Below, in pieces: positions 48,797 through 58,598 of a stretch of DNA of 64,000 nucleotides (its first letter is position 1; each line of letters starts with the position of its first letter). A program made the translations under genes and the position numbers. The stretch comes from Pseudomonadales bacterium (GTDB taxonomy: Bacteria; Patescibacteriota; Microgenomatia; UBA1400; PJMF01): positions 29,602 through 93,601 of the forward strand of contig JACKFY010000001.1 of the NCBI GenBank assembly GCA_020632235.1, written 5' to 3'. A model generated the notes under the pieces. It made no database searches. It had not been told where the DNA came from and saw nothing but the letters and a program-made list of their open reading frames with translations.

Positions 48797-48976
48797 CAGG
48801 CCAATTGTAAAGATGAAATCTGACAGATAGCTTTCATCAATCTTTGTTATTTCGACTTCTGATATGTCGGGGTTGGAAAAATGCCCAACACAGACTTCTT
48901 TCCGCCAGCCGGCGGATCGAAGTGACGTGAAGGCTAGGTTTCTCGAACATGCTCGAAGTGATAACCAAACGCATTG

Positions 48977-49050
48977 TGGTCAATGCTGGACTTGAACCAG
49001 CGACCTCACGAATGTGAATCGTGCGCTCTAACCAACTGAGCTAATTGACC
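48977..49050 (-). tRNA. tRNA-Val (anticodon CAC)
   Basis: Cloverleaf GGTCAAT...GATTCACATTCGTG...GGTTCAAGTCC...ATTGACCA. CCA is not encoded. Confidence 0.85.
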
Positions 49051-49116
49051 GATTGCATATCGTTACCTTCTCATAAAATCTTGACGGGTAAAGCTAATTA
49101 ACCGCAAAAATCTGCT

Positions 49117-50178
49117 TTAAAGCAGATTATACGCCAAAAAGACATGCTTGACATCGTCTGTTGTGTTGGTTTGAAAGAGCTGTCGGCGCACCTCCTTTGC
49201 GTTGGGAATGGAGCGAACATACCAACCCAAGTGCTTTCGCATAGGTAAAAACGAATAGCGTTCGTGGTGCGCGTAGGTGTCTTGGTATAATTGGGTGTGC
49301 TCAAGGGCTACTTGAAAGATATTTTTTTTCGGCCTTTCACCTTCTGGGAGAAAGACGTAGGGGTTACCAAATGAAGATCGGCCGATGAGGACGCCATCAA
49401 TATTGTATTTTTGAGAAAGCTCCACTGCATGGTTTCTATTTTTAGTATCGCCATTGCCAAACACGAGCGTGTTTGTGTGCTTGATTACCTCTGCTGCCCT
49501 GGCAATCTCGTCCCAGTCTGCCAGACCAGAGTACTGTTGCTTGAGAGTCCGGCCATGCAGAGCTATGACTGCTGGCTCTACCTCCAGCAGGTGCTGTACC
49601 CATTCAGCAGCCATTGGTTTGTCGTAGCCAATGCGGGTTTTAACACTGACTGGTATTACTTGGTTTCTTGATTGATACTCTGCAGGTAGTGCTGTGTGTC
49701 TTTTTTGTACCTCTTTTGCGATAGTTTCTGAAATGTGACTGCAGTTTATGGCAGATTTTCCCTCTGCCCAGTCTGTGACACCAGCTTTTGTTTGTGTGAC
49801 AATTGTTTTTGCCAAATCTGGCGTCGTGATGAGCGCTGCGCCCGCACCCGAGTGTGCCACATTTTTTGCAGGACAGCCCATGTTGATGTCAATACCATCA
49901 AAACCCAGTTGGCACAGTAGGGTGGCAGTTTCTCTGAAAAACTGTGGAGTGGTACCGTAGATTTGGGCAACGATGGGGCGCTGCGTCTCGTCAAACAAGA
50001 AGTCTTGCAGTAGTCTGTCAGCGCCATGACATACGCCTTCAACGCTCGTAAACTCGGTGTACACAACGTCAGGGTTTCCGTATTTTTTTTGGATGTATCG
50101 GTAGGGATGATCGGTCACACCGTCCATAGGTGAGAGCCCTACAATGGGTCGTGGCAGCGTACTCCAAAAGTTTTTCAC
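49117..50178 (-). CDS. dus: tRNA-dihydrouridine synthase
   Basis: Dus TIM-barrel motifs (LSPMDGVTD...; catalytic Cys region GIDINMGCP). Confidence 0.85.
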   Translation of the reverse strand: MKNFWSTLPRPIVGLSPMDGVTDHPYRYIQKKYGNPDVVYTEFTSVEGVCHGADRLLQDFLFDETQRPIVAQIYGTTPQFFRETATLLCQLGFDGIDINMGCPAKNVAHSGAGAALITTPDLAKTIVTQTKAGVTDWAEGKSAINCSHISETIAKEVQKRHTALPAEYQSRNQVIPVSVKTRIGYDKPMAAEWVQHLLEVEPAVIALHGRTLKQQYSGLADWDEIARAAEVIKHTNTLVFGNGDTKNRNHAVELSQKYNIDGVLIGRSSFGNPYVFLPEGERPKKNIFQVALEHTQLYQDTYAHHERYSFLPMRKHLGWYVRSIPNAKEVRRQLFQTNTTDDVKHVFLAYNLL

Positions 50179-50206
50179 CCCAGGATTATAGCAGTACTGC
50201 TTTGTG

Positions 50207-52015
50207 CTACTCTAGGTTGTTGGCGATAGCGTCAAGCTCTTGGTTGAGGTACAGCAACGCCGTGGGGTCAATTTGATCTGAGAAATGATTGATAATGTAG
50301 CGGATGATTGGGGCGTGCTGCAGTTGTTTGCTCAAAGACATGGTGCTGACTGCAGTAATGTAGTGTGATAATCCGCGCACGATAGATTTTTTCTGTATTT
50401 TGTCTTGATCGTATAACACAGATAGATCGTTTGTAAGCGAGCTCCAACTTGATGCTCGTTTGATTTCGCTGGGTTGAGAGCTGTCAAATGAAAATGAGAG
50501 TAGCAGCTCTCCTTCTGGATTGGTATATCCTTCAATAACTTCTTGAACGGTCTGTCCATCGACTGTCATAGTAGTGATGTAGAGCTCGACTGGCGTGAGA
50601 CCTTCACTGGTTGTTGCTGCAACAGCATACTCCCCACTGGGTGGCTTCATGTGCTCTATCACGCTCATACTGGTTTCTTCTTCTCCTGTTGTTTGGTTGA
50701 GTAGAGCTTCGCTGTAGTTTTGTGCCTGATCATCTAGCTCACCATCTTTAAAGAGCTGTATGGTAGCGGGTGCATACGCATGCACCGAGATTGCCGAAAG
50801 GTCGGTATAGCTGGGGGTAAAGGTGCGCGTAGAGATAACGGGAAGGGCAGTGTGAGGCATGAGTGTTTCAAACGAGTAAAATGGATCGTTAATGCCTAGA
50901 TCACCACTATCTCTATTGCCTTTTGCAACGAGAAAGTGCCCCTGCACCTGCATGACCGCTGGGTTGTGTGCTGTAATTTGGTCTCGCGCTGGGTCCCAAC
51001 TGCTGCCACCCACTCTGTTGTACTCTAGTTTTGGCGTGCCGTACACGCTAGAGATTTGCTGGGTCAACCTACCAATGACGGGGAAAATAATGTACTTGCC
51101 CGCGTAGCCGTTGTTTCCTTTTAGCCACGTGTTGAGGGTTGATGGGTTGACAGGGCTCCCGTCTGGCATTTGGGTAATGCCGTGATAGTTCATAATCATA
51201 GCAGCCGAGGTCATCGCGCAACCCAGCTCGGCAATGCTTGCAAAGTCTGGTGATGAGGTGGTTCGTAAGCCGTACTCTTCATTGCCCCAAGTGGGGTCGG
51301 TTTGCTTGAACAACGGGACGGGTAGATCGGCATCGACTGACTTGACGATGATGTTGTCGAAATAACTCTCCGAACTGTTTGAAGAACCAACACTAGCCTG
51401 TAATCCTATAGTAGTTTCACCATTTGAAAATGGACTACTATCTTCTAAAAGAATAACTTCATCTCCGTTTACTTTAACATTTATTAAACCATCAGACACT
51501 TTAATAGTAAAATTATACGTATTATTTGGAGAAAAAGCATAATTTCCACTAGAACTTGGTAGGTAAACACTTTCTCCATCAACTACTTTTTGAATAACGA
51601 TACTATCTTCAAATATTTTCAAATCATACCAATTATTAGTATCGACCCAGTTAAAAATGACGTTTCTATCCATACTAGTAGATCCTGAAAAAAACCAATC
51701 AAAAGAATACTCAAAATAATTTGTGTTTGGAAGTTTGAACGTAGTTGGAATAATTTCTGTTACACAAGGAGGGCTATTATTGATAGATATCCCTAGTTTT
51801 TGATCTTGTATTTCCCACTCAGCATCGTGGCCGTTATTTTGACACTTTTGTGTAGAATTTCCCCACTGGCTATTTCTCTCTACCACCCAATCATTGAAGT
51901 TGTTATCATTAAAATTATCAGAAAAAAGAACAGACGAGGCTTCTGTTGGGTTTTGAGAGAGTATAATTAAACTGAAGATGATGACTAAATAAGTAATTTT
52001 TTTTATGAAAAACAT
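50207..52015 (-). CDS. secreted protein: Asn-rich lectin-like N-terminal region plus a C39-like papain-fold cysteine peptidase domain
   Basis: Signal peptide. ELGCAMTSAAMIMNYHG (catalytic Cys context) ... QGHFLVAKG (His). The first 200 codons are about 33 percent GC, the rest about 50 percent. Confidence 0.6.
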   Translation of the reverse strand: MFFIKKITYLVIIFSLIILSQNPTEASSVLFSDNFNDNNFNDWVVERNSQWGNSTQKCQNNGHDAEWEIQDQKLGISINNSPPCVTEIIPTTFKLPNTNYFEYSFDWFFSGSTSMDRNVIFNWVDTNNWYDLKIFEDSIVIQKVVDGESVYLPSSSGNYAFSPNNTYNFTIKVSDGLINVKVNGDEVILLEDSSPFSNGETTIGLQASVGSSNSSESYFDNIIVKSVDADLPVPLFKQTDPTWGNEEYGLRTTSSPDFASIAELGCAMTSAAMIMNYHGITQMPDGSPVNPSTLNTWLKGNNGYAGKYIIFPVIGRLTQQISSVYGTPKLEYNRVGGSSWDPARDQITAHNPAVMQVQGHFLVAKGNRDSGDLGINDPFYSFETLMPHTALPVISTRTFTPSYTDLSAISVHAYAPATIQLFKDGELDDQAQNYSEALLNQTTGEEETSMSVIEHMKPPSGEYAVAATTSEGLTPVELYITTMTVDGQTVQEVIEGYTNPEGELLLSFSFDSSQPSEIKRASSWSSLTNDLSVLYDQDKIQKKSIVRGLSHYITAVSTMSLSKQLQHAPIIRYIINHFSDQIDPTALLYLNQELDAIANNLE

Positions 52016-52177
52016 TCGATCTTTCTACAATAGTTACCACGAGAAAAATAGTGACTATACTGGTGTGATAAATAAGAATAACTTCACATATTATTATGTA
52101 ATAGGATTCTTACAGAAACATTACAATACCTGAGAGGTTCAAAAAAAATCTTAGATGTTGGCTGTGGTGTTGGGTCT

Positions 52178-52738
52178 TTGGTTTTATATCTTTCTAACAT
52201 ATTTAGTTATCTACTAGGAATTGATGTCTCAGACAAAGCAATTGATATAGCTAATACTGCAAAGAAAAATAATAATATCCAAAATATAGATTTTAAAAAT
52301 AAATCACTAAATGAAGTTAAAACTAATTTTGATCTAGTCTTATGTACAGAAGTGATAGAACATATTGACGATGATAAAGATTTTATTTCGTCTCTTTCCA
52401 ATAGGTTAAATGAGTCAGGTTATTTGGTTATTTCGACTCCTTCAGACGAATCTTTTTTCTATAAAAAAGGTTTTTTTACCAATTTTGACAAGAGAGTTGG
52501 TCATATCAGAAGATACAATATAAATTCTCTAACAAAAAAATTAAATAATGGAGGGTTTAGAGTAGTTGACTATGGTGAAACTGATGGAATACTTAGGATG
52601 ATTTTATTTTCTACAGATCTTGAATTTATTGTAAGATTTATTAAGGGTCCGCTTGTTCCAATTTTTCACTTTTTTGATTTCTTATCAAAGAAGATTTTTG
52701 GCTCATGTGGAATCATCCTCCTCGCTCAAAAAAAATGA
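52178..52738 (+). CDS. class I SAM-dependent methyltransferase (5' part displaced by a frameshift; likely true start near 52007)
   Basis: Motif I ILDVGCGVGS lies in-frame just upstream of the annotated start. A further upstream piece MKNIRSFYNSYHEKNSDY...GFLQKHYNT is in another frame. Confidence 0.6.
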   Translation: MVLYLSNIFSYLLGIDVSDKAIDIANTAKKNNNIQNIDFKNKSLNEVKTNFDLVLCTEVIEHIDDDKDFISSLSNRLNESGYLVISTPSDESFFYKKGFFTNFDKRVGHIRRYNINSLTKKLNNGGFRVVDYGETDGILRMILFSTDLEFIVRFIKGPLVPIFHFFDFLSKKIFGSCGIILLAQKK

Positions 52739-53754
52739 AGATACTCCACCTCTGTCGCTACTACACTCCTCACATTGGTGGGGTAGAGACGCATGTTGCT
52801 AAAGTAAGCCAGCAACTGCGTAAAAAAAATCATGATATTCAGGTAATAACCCAAAGTCACAACCAAGATCTCGCAGAAAGTGAGGTCTTGGACGGCATTT
52901 TGGCGCATCGACTGCCTTTTTCTGCAGAAGATAGAAAGTTTCCTACCTGGAAATGGTTTTGGAACAACAGAGAGCTTTTGTTTCACGCAGATATCATTCA
53001 TATTCATGATGTATTTTGGTGGGTTATCCCCTTGCTTCCACTACTTTGGTACAGACAAAAAAAACTATATATGACGTTTCATGGCTATGAAGGAAATGAA
53101 AATCCACGACTGTTTGCCAAGTTTTGGCATTGGGCGGCATACAAATTAACCTTGGGAAACATCTGTGTGGGCGGCTTTCACACCAAGTGGTACGGAGTAA
53201 CGCCTACCTACATTACGTATGGCGCAGTTAACGCGCCCAAAATAAAAGCTTTACCACATAAGAAAAATACATTAATAGCATTTGTGGGCAGGTTAGAGGT
53301 TGACAATGGCATTATGCAGTACTTGAAAGCATTTCGGCACCTTGCTGGTCAACACACGCTGCATCTTGACATATTTGGTGACGGATCACTGCGAAAAAAA
53401 GGAGAAAACTACGCGAAAAAACATGATTTGCCCGTTACTTTTCATGGTTTTGTACCAGATGTATCAGAAAAAATTGGTAGATATGAAGTCGTGTTTGCTT
53501 CTCGCTACCTCTCGATCTTGGAAGGTCTGGCAAATGAGTGTCGGGTCATTGCGCAGCATACTAACGAGCTTCAATATGACTATTTACACCACACTCCGTT
53601 TGCAAGCTGGATTTGCATCTGCGCATCAGCCGAAGAGATAGCGGGGTGTTTGACCCAGAGAGCAAAAGTGAGCAGTAAGGCAGCAGAGTGGGCGTGTAGT
53701 CAAACATGGGAGAGTATGGCCAAGACGTATCAAACACTCTGGACATTGCCATGA
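52735..53754 (+). CDS. family 1 (GT4-like) glycosyltransferase
   Basis: MKILHLCRYYTPHIGGVETHV N-terminus and C-terminal E-x7-E region. Confidence 0.8.
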   Translation: MKILHLCRYYTPHIGGVETHVAKVSQQLRKKNHDIQVITQSHNQDLAESEVLDGILAHRLPFSAEDRKFPTWKWFWNNRELLFHADIIHIHDVFWWVIPLLPLLWYRQKKLYMTFHGYEGNENPRLFAKFWHWAAYKLTLGNICVGGFHTKWYGVTPTYITYGAVNAPKIKALPHKKNTLIAFVGRLEVDNGIMQYLKAFRHLAGQHTLHLDIFGDGSLRKKGENYAKKHDLPVTFHGFVPDVSEKIGRYEVVFASRYLSILEGLANECRVIAQHTNELQYDYLHHTPFASWICICASAEEIAGCLTQRAKVSSKAAEWACSQTWESMAKTYQTLWTLP

Positions 53755-54490
53755 GTGTTAGTGTAGTGATCACGACAAAAAATGAGTCATCCTCAATTGG
53801 AGCTTTGATTCACTCGCTTGGCGCACAAACACTTTTACCCAAAGAGGTTATTATTGTTGATGCCTACTCTGATGATGATACGGTAGAAAAAATCAAAAAA
53901 AATCAAAAAAAAATATTGTCTCTGGTAAACAAGAGGTTGCTGCGACTAACTCTTTAGAGCGAGCTATAAGCACCTACATTATTCCTAAAAACCAGAAGAA
54001 CCATCAACCAATGACGAGGAACGTACTCCTTCATCGCCATGTGTGGGAGAGGGTGGGTGGGTTTGACGAGTCATTATCACTCAACGAAGACTATCCGTTT
54101 TTCTTGAAGGCTCTAGAGTATTTTCCATATAGTTTTGCTAGTGATGCGGTTGTGAACTGGAAACCCCGATCAAGTTACCTAGACTTCTTTTGGCAGATAC
54201 ATAACTACGCTCGCGGTGATGCTGGGGCAGGCATCATTCGTCCCAAAGTGTGGTTGCTCATCCTTCGTTTTGCTCTGTTTTGCTTGCTGACACTACTTTT
54301 TTTAGCAACAGAAAGTGTGTTTCTTGGTAGCATAGTAGTATTGTTGTGTATTTTGTACGCTGTCTGGTCTGTAGCCAAGCACATTTCTCGTTTCCCTAGA
54401 GGTTGGTATTACTTTCCCGTGTTACAGATAGTCACTGATGGGGCTGTTTTGCTGGGCACAGCAAAAGGAGCTATAGACAGAAAAAACTGA
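53751..54490 (+). pseudogene. family 2 glycosyltransferase split by a frameshift within the A6-tc-A8-tc-A9 tract (53887-53913)
   Basis: VSVVITTKNE...IIVDAYSDDDT (GT2 N-terminus) in one frame. A continuous ...NIVSGKQEV...HRHVWERVGGFDESL...NEDYPFFLKAL C-terminal half follows in the next frame. Confidence 0.6.
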
Positions 54491-54557
54491 CAGCTCTGGA
54501 TATAAAGGCATGATTGATCTGCACAAAGTGCACATCTTTGTTATACTGGTGTCCATC

Positions 54558-55064
54558 ATGAAACAAAAGTACAGCTTATTACTTATTCTTGCAGGCGCGT
54601 TGTTACTGTGTGGTGTTTTTTGGGTGTATATGCGCTCCAATGCCACGATGAGTAACCCTTCCAACGATGTGGTGCTCGAAGAGCCAATTGTGGTAGATGG
54701 CGATGAGCTTGAGCCTGCATCTCCGCCTGTTCAGCTTGAGTTTGACCTGGGTTCATACGTGCCGTACTCCTCAACATCTCTGGCACAAGCCCAAGAGAGA
54801 GGAGTAACTGTATTATTTTTTGCCGCCACCAAGTGGTGTCATACATGCTCTGATCTAGAACAAGAAATAATTGCTAGAGCAGCAGAAATACCTGGTGACG
54901 TGACTATTTTAAAGGTAGATTATGACAACGACTCTGCTATGAAGAGCGCTTATGGCGTTACCGTGCAGCACACATTGATAGCACTTGATAGTTCGGGGGA
55001 GGAAATTACTCGTTGGATAGGTCTTGATTTGGATGAGCTACTCTCTAGCCTGGAAAGCACTTGA
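54558..55064 (+). CDS. membrane-anchored thioredoxin-like protein (WCHTC active site)
   Basis: TM anchor and TVLFFAATKWCHTCSDL thioredoxin-fold motif. Confidence 0.7.
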   Translation: MKQKYSLLLILAGALLLCGVFWVYMRSNATMSNPSNDVVLEEPIVVDGDELEPASPPVQLEFDLGSYVPYSSTSLAQAQERGVTVLFFAATKWCHTCSDLEQEIIARAAEIPGDVTILKVDYDNDSAMKSAYGVTVQHTLIALDSSGEEITRWIGLDLDELLSSLEST

Positions 55065-55816
55065 TGCTGGTGTTGGCCGTAGCATTTGTGTCTGGTATTT
55101 TGACGGTATTTTCCCCTTGCGTGTTGCCTATTCTACCGATTGTTTTAGCGAGTGGGGTTGAGAATAAAAAGAGCAGAGTGCGTGGAGTGGTGACTGGTTT
55201 GGTGCTCAGTTTTACTTTTTTCTCTTTACTACTGGCTACTTTAGTACAGCTGTTGGGTGTTCCTGCTGATGCACTGCGCGGCGTGGCTATAGGAGTACTG
55301 TTGTTGCTGGGGCTTAGCATGTTGTTACCCCAGGTAGGTATGGGCATGCAGTCGTTTTTGGAAAAACGGTGGCATTTTCAGCCAATTTCATCAAAAAACC
55401 AGAAATTTTGGGGTGGTTTTTTGAGTGGTGTCAGTCTGGGCATAGTCTGGACGCCGTGTATTGGCCCGGTAGTAGCAACGGTTGCTACTCTGGCTGCAAC
55501 AAGTTCTTTGACGTACCAATCGGGGTTTATAGTGTTTGCATATGCTGTGGGAACGAGCATTCCTCTCTACTTGATTGCGAGCGGCAGCGGTTGGTTCGCA
55601 CGTCGCCTGGGGTTTTTTAAGCAACACAGCGAGCGCATGCGACAGTACTTTGGAGGCGTGCTAGTGCTGACAGCACTGTTTCTTATGTTTTCTATCGACA
55701 GAGTAGTGCAGGTATGGACGCTTGAACATCTTCCGGAGTCATGGACCCAAATCACTACGTACTTTGAGAAACAATTTGTGAGCACAGAGACGCTGCGGGA
55801 GTTGCGATCTAGGTAA
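55061..55816 (+). CDS. ccdA: cytochrome c-type biogenesis protein CcdA / DsbD-family thiol-disulfide transporter
   Basis: Two conserved Cys in TM helices (FSPCVLPILP and WTPCIGPVV). Confidence 0.8.
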   Translation: MMLVLAVAFVSGILTVFSPCVLPILPIVLASGVENKKSRVRGVVTGLVLSFTFFSLLLATLVQLLGVPADALRGVAIGVLLLLGLSMLLPQVGMGMQSFLEKRWHFQPISSKNQKFWGGFLSGVSLGIVWTPCIGPVVATVATLAATSSLTYQSGFIVFAYAVGTSIPLYLIASGSGWFARRLGFFKQHSERMRQYFGGVLVLTALFLMFSIDRVVQVWTLEHLPESWTQITTYFEKQFVSTETLRELRSR

Positions 55817-55984
55817 ATGCTGGTCCCGGCTTTACTTCAAGATGCTATGTTCTTTTCTGTAGCTCTATTTGGTCTAGTTTTTCTTCAGCACCAGCTTTTG
55901 TAGTTTTATCGATAGACCAAGTGTCAATTATTTTCTGTGAAATATAGCATTCTTATTGCTATATTTCACAATTAGAAATAAAAA

Positions 55985-56292
55985 AACACTTACAAAATAC
56001 TAGACCAACAGCAAAACTGTTTTATTTTAGAGATACTCATGGTAATGAAATAGATCTTATTATTTCTCAAGGCGCCACTCAAATACCAGTTGAAATAAAA
56101 TCTGGCAGTACTTTTTCTACAAACTTCCTGAAAGGAATACGTTATTGGACTAAACTACTGAATGAAAAGTCACCGAAAGAAGTCTTGCCAGGATTTGTGA
56201 TTTACACAGGAAGCGAGTTGTATACAACAGATGAGTATTCATTAATTGAGTGGAATGATTTGAGCAAGATTTATGAACGGGTGACAATCTAA
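55985..56292 (+). pseudogene. C-terminal remnant of a DUF4143-type AAA+ ATPase gene
   Basis: FRDTHGNEIDLIISQGATQIPVEIKSGSTF...VIYTGSE matches the DUF4143 C-terminus. There is no start codon or ATPase domain upstream. Confidence 0.4.
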
Positions 56293-56293
56293 A

Positions 56294-56579
56294 CTAGGCA
56301 AGTAATTCATCATTTAAATATCGTCCTTCAGGATCTTCAAATCGCCTCACTGGGTTATCTTTGTGTTGCTGACCATTTTTTCCTGGCTTATTCAACCAAT
56401 TTTTATGGCTAGTAGATATGTATTTGGCAACGACTTCACTTGGAACAACAAAAAATTTAGGTCTTATTCCTGGCTCGTCTAAATTAACAAAAATGTAAAA
56501 GTGGTTTTCAGAAAAGAAATCTTCAGACTTCTGAGTTAAAATCCAGCTATACTCAGATGGGATCTTACTTCTCATCCTA
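56294..56579 (-). CDS. hypothetical protein (AT-rich, next to tRNA-Ser)
   Basis: About 95 aa from MRSKIPSEY. The longer ORF in the track runs through the tRNA gene and is not credible. Confidence 0.35.
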
Positions 56580-56604
56580 TCTTTACAGCTTCGTTTTAAC
56601 TCGG

Positions 56605-56688
56605 CGGAAGGAGTGGGATTCGAACCCACGAGACCACATGGGTCACGGTTTTCAAGACCGTTGCAATAGACCGCTCTGCCATCCTTCC
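56605..56688 (-). tRNA. tRNA-Ser (anticodon TGA)
   Basis: GGAAGGATGGCAGAGCGG...CTTGAAA anticodon loop, long variable arm, T-arm GGGTTCGAATCCC. Confidence 0.85.
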
Positions 56689-56731
56689 TTGACTGGATGC
56701 TAGTATACCATGCTGTTTTTTCAGGTACCAT

Positions 56732-57370
56732 TTGTTTCTTACTCTCTCAGAGGTGTGGTGTACAATTATCTTTGTGAAACTTATTGTTGTTCGTCATGGT
56801 GAAACTGAAGAAAACAAAGAGGGGATTATCCAAGGTCACTTGCCAGGCACACTTTCCCCTTTGGGAAGAGAACAAGCCCAAAAAGTAGCCTTACGCCTAC
56901 AACAAGAGTCTATTGATCATATCTACACCAGTGACTTGGCACGTGCGGCAGATACAGCAAAAGCAATTCATGCATTTCATCCACAAGCACCCTTTATTCC
57001 AACTAAAGATTTAAGAGAAACTTACCTAGGTTCTTGGCAGGGAAAAACGAAACAATCATTGGGTCTAAACAGCGCAACAGAATATACAAACACTGCTGCC
57101 TATCCACCTGAGGTAGAGACAAGAGAACAGCTGTACGCCAGAATCACCCTACTTCTTGAGCGAACTACTCGTACACACAGCGGCAACACAGTTGTGTTTG
57201 TAGCCCATAGCGGAGTCAATAGAATGTTGCTTTCACATGTGAAAGGATTTGGGTTTCAAGGGGTAGAGCAAGTGGAAAAGCAACACAATACCGCAGTTTC
57301 TATCGTCCAGTTTTCTCTAGAAAAAATTTGGGTGGTAGAGCAAGAAAACTCTATTGATCACCTGGCATAG
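56732..57370 (+). CDS. histidine phosphatase (phosphoglycerate mutase-like) family protein
   Basis: LIVVRHGETEENK (RHG motif). A GTG start at 56774 is more likely than the ATG at 56732. Confidence 0.75.
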   Translation: MFLTLSEVWCTIIFVKLIVVRHGETEENKEGIIQGHLPGTLSPLGREQAQKVALRLQQESIDHIYTSDLARAADTAKAIHAFHPQAPFIPTKDLRETYLGSWQGKTKQSLGLNSATEYTNTAAYPPEVETREQLYARITLLLERTTRTHSGNTVVFVAHSGVNRMLLSHVKGFGFQGVEQVEKQHNTAVSIVQFSLEKIWVVEQENSIDHLA

Positions 57371-57415
57371 CGCCTGCTTCAAGCTTTCTTTCAAATAGTG
57401 TACACTGAATAGTAC

Positions 57416-58279
57416 GTGCAAGACCAGACTGCTCCCCACCAAACAAAGCAAGTATTTTCTGGCGTCTCTCCAGTTGTGGGGACGCTTGATGCTCCAGCAG
57501 GCACGAATACTTCACCATTCCAACAAGATGGTGAGTCAAACCAGCGGGCCACAAATTACCAACAGGCAGGTGTTAATACGACTCCACTGCCGCAGGAAAC
57601 ATCAGAGTCTCAGCAAGCCTATGCCAGCCAAACACAACAAACTCCAGAGCAAGACACTGTGTTTGCAGACGCCCAGTTTACAGAGCAACAAGCAACTCAA
57701 GATGCCTATGATTACTCTGGTTTGACAGAAGAAGAACTAGCGTACCTAGCTTCACAGCAAAATCAAGATTTTTTCCCTGGCTTTGCCCGGCCAATGCCAG
57801 AAGAACTGGTGTATGAGTGGGTTGCTCCTAGCAGGCCATTCAAAAAACGTAGTAAGCGACACTACACCACTGTTGTAACTATAGCACTCTTGATTGCTCT
57901 TATATTTTTCTTTATTCGGCAATTCATGCCGGTGGCAGTGATTGGGGCGCTAGTGTTTCTCTACTACGTGATGACGCATGTACAGCCAGAAGATGTACAC
58001 ACACAGATTACTACCTACGGCATTCGCTACGAAAATCAGCTGTATTACTGGGAAGAAATGGGGCGATTTTGGTTTGACGAGCAGCACGGTCAAACAATGC
58101 TCAAGATAGAGGTGAGTAGGTTTCCCGACAGATTAACTCTGTTGCTAAAAGATGCTGACCAAACACTTCTCATAGAGATACTTTCTCAAGTATTGCTGTT
58201 TGAAAAACCACCTCTTACTACGTATGAGAAAGTTGCTGGGTGGCTGAGTGAGAAGATTCCTCTTGATATTGATGGCTAG
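57416..58279 (+). CDS. hypothetical membrane protein with a Gln/Thr-rich N-terminal region
   Basis: 287-aa ORF with two TM helices in the middle. Confidence 0.5.
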   Translation: MQDQTAPHQTKQVFSGVSPVVGTLDAPAGTNTSPFQQDGESNQRATNYQQAGVNTTPLPQETSESQQAYASQTQQTPEQDTVFADAQFTEQQATQDAYDYSGLTEEELAYLASQQNQDFFPGFARPMPEELVYEWVAPSRPFKKRSKRHYTTVVTIALLIALIFFFIRQFMPVAVIGALVFLYYVMTHVQPEDVHTQITTYGIRYENQLYYWEEMGRFWFDEQHGQTMLKIEVSRFPDRLTLLLKDADQTLLIEILSQVLLFEKPPLTTYEKVAGWLSEKIPLDIDG

Positions 58280-58324
58280 CGTCTGACGCGCTGTAGTATC
58301 TGTTACAATACACTGTGGATGTAA

Positions 58325-58396
58325 GCACCCATAGTTTAACGGATAGAACAGTGGTTTGCGGAACCACCGATCCAGGTTCGATTCCTGGTGGGTGCA
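58325..58396 (+). tRNA. tRNA with anticodon GCG (Arg by anticodon)
   Basis: Perfect 72-nt cloverleaf with 7-bp acceptor, 4-bp D, 5-bp anticodon and 5-bp T stems. Loop TTGCGGA. TTCGATT T-loop. Confidence 0.8.
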
Positions 58397-58401
58397 CAAA
58401 A

Positions 58402-58486
58402 GGAGGGTTCGCATAGTGGTCAATTGCATCGGTTTCGAAAACCGAAGCCTTTTTAGGTTCCGTGGGTTCGAATCCCACACCCTCCG
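58402..58486 (+). tRNA. tRNA-Ser (anticodon CGA)
   Basis: GGAGGGT acceptor, anticodon loop TTCGAAA, long variable arm, T-arm GGGTTCGAATCCC. Confidence 0.85.
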
Positions 58487-58598
58487 CAGCAATAGAAAAG
58501 TTCTGACAGACCCACCTAATACCCCTGAATAGGTTGACGGGGCTTGTTAAAAAAACGCCAAAAGCAACAAATGTTGGTTTTACAGCCGTGTAGTTTTT

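Noticed and set aside
56580-56731. N-terminal 50 aa of the 145-aa minus-strand ORF
   Set aside because: It runs through tRNA-Ser(UGA). The real gene, if any, starts at the internal Met at 56579.
58145-58492. Two minus-strand ORFs (115 and 86 aa)
   Set aside because: They lie entirely over the tRNA-Arg/tRNA-Ser genes and are artefacts.
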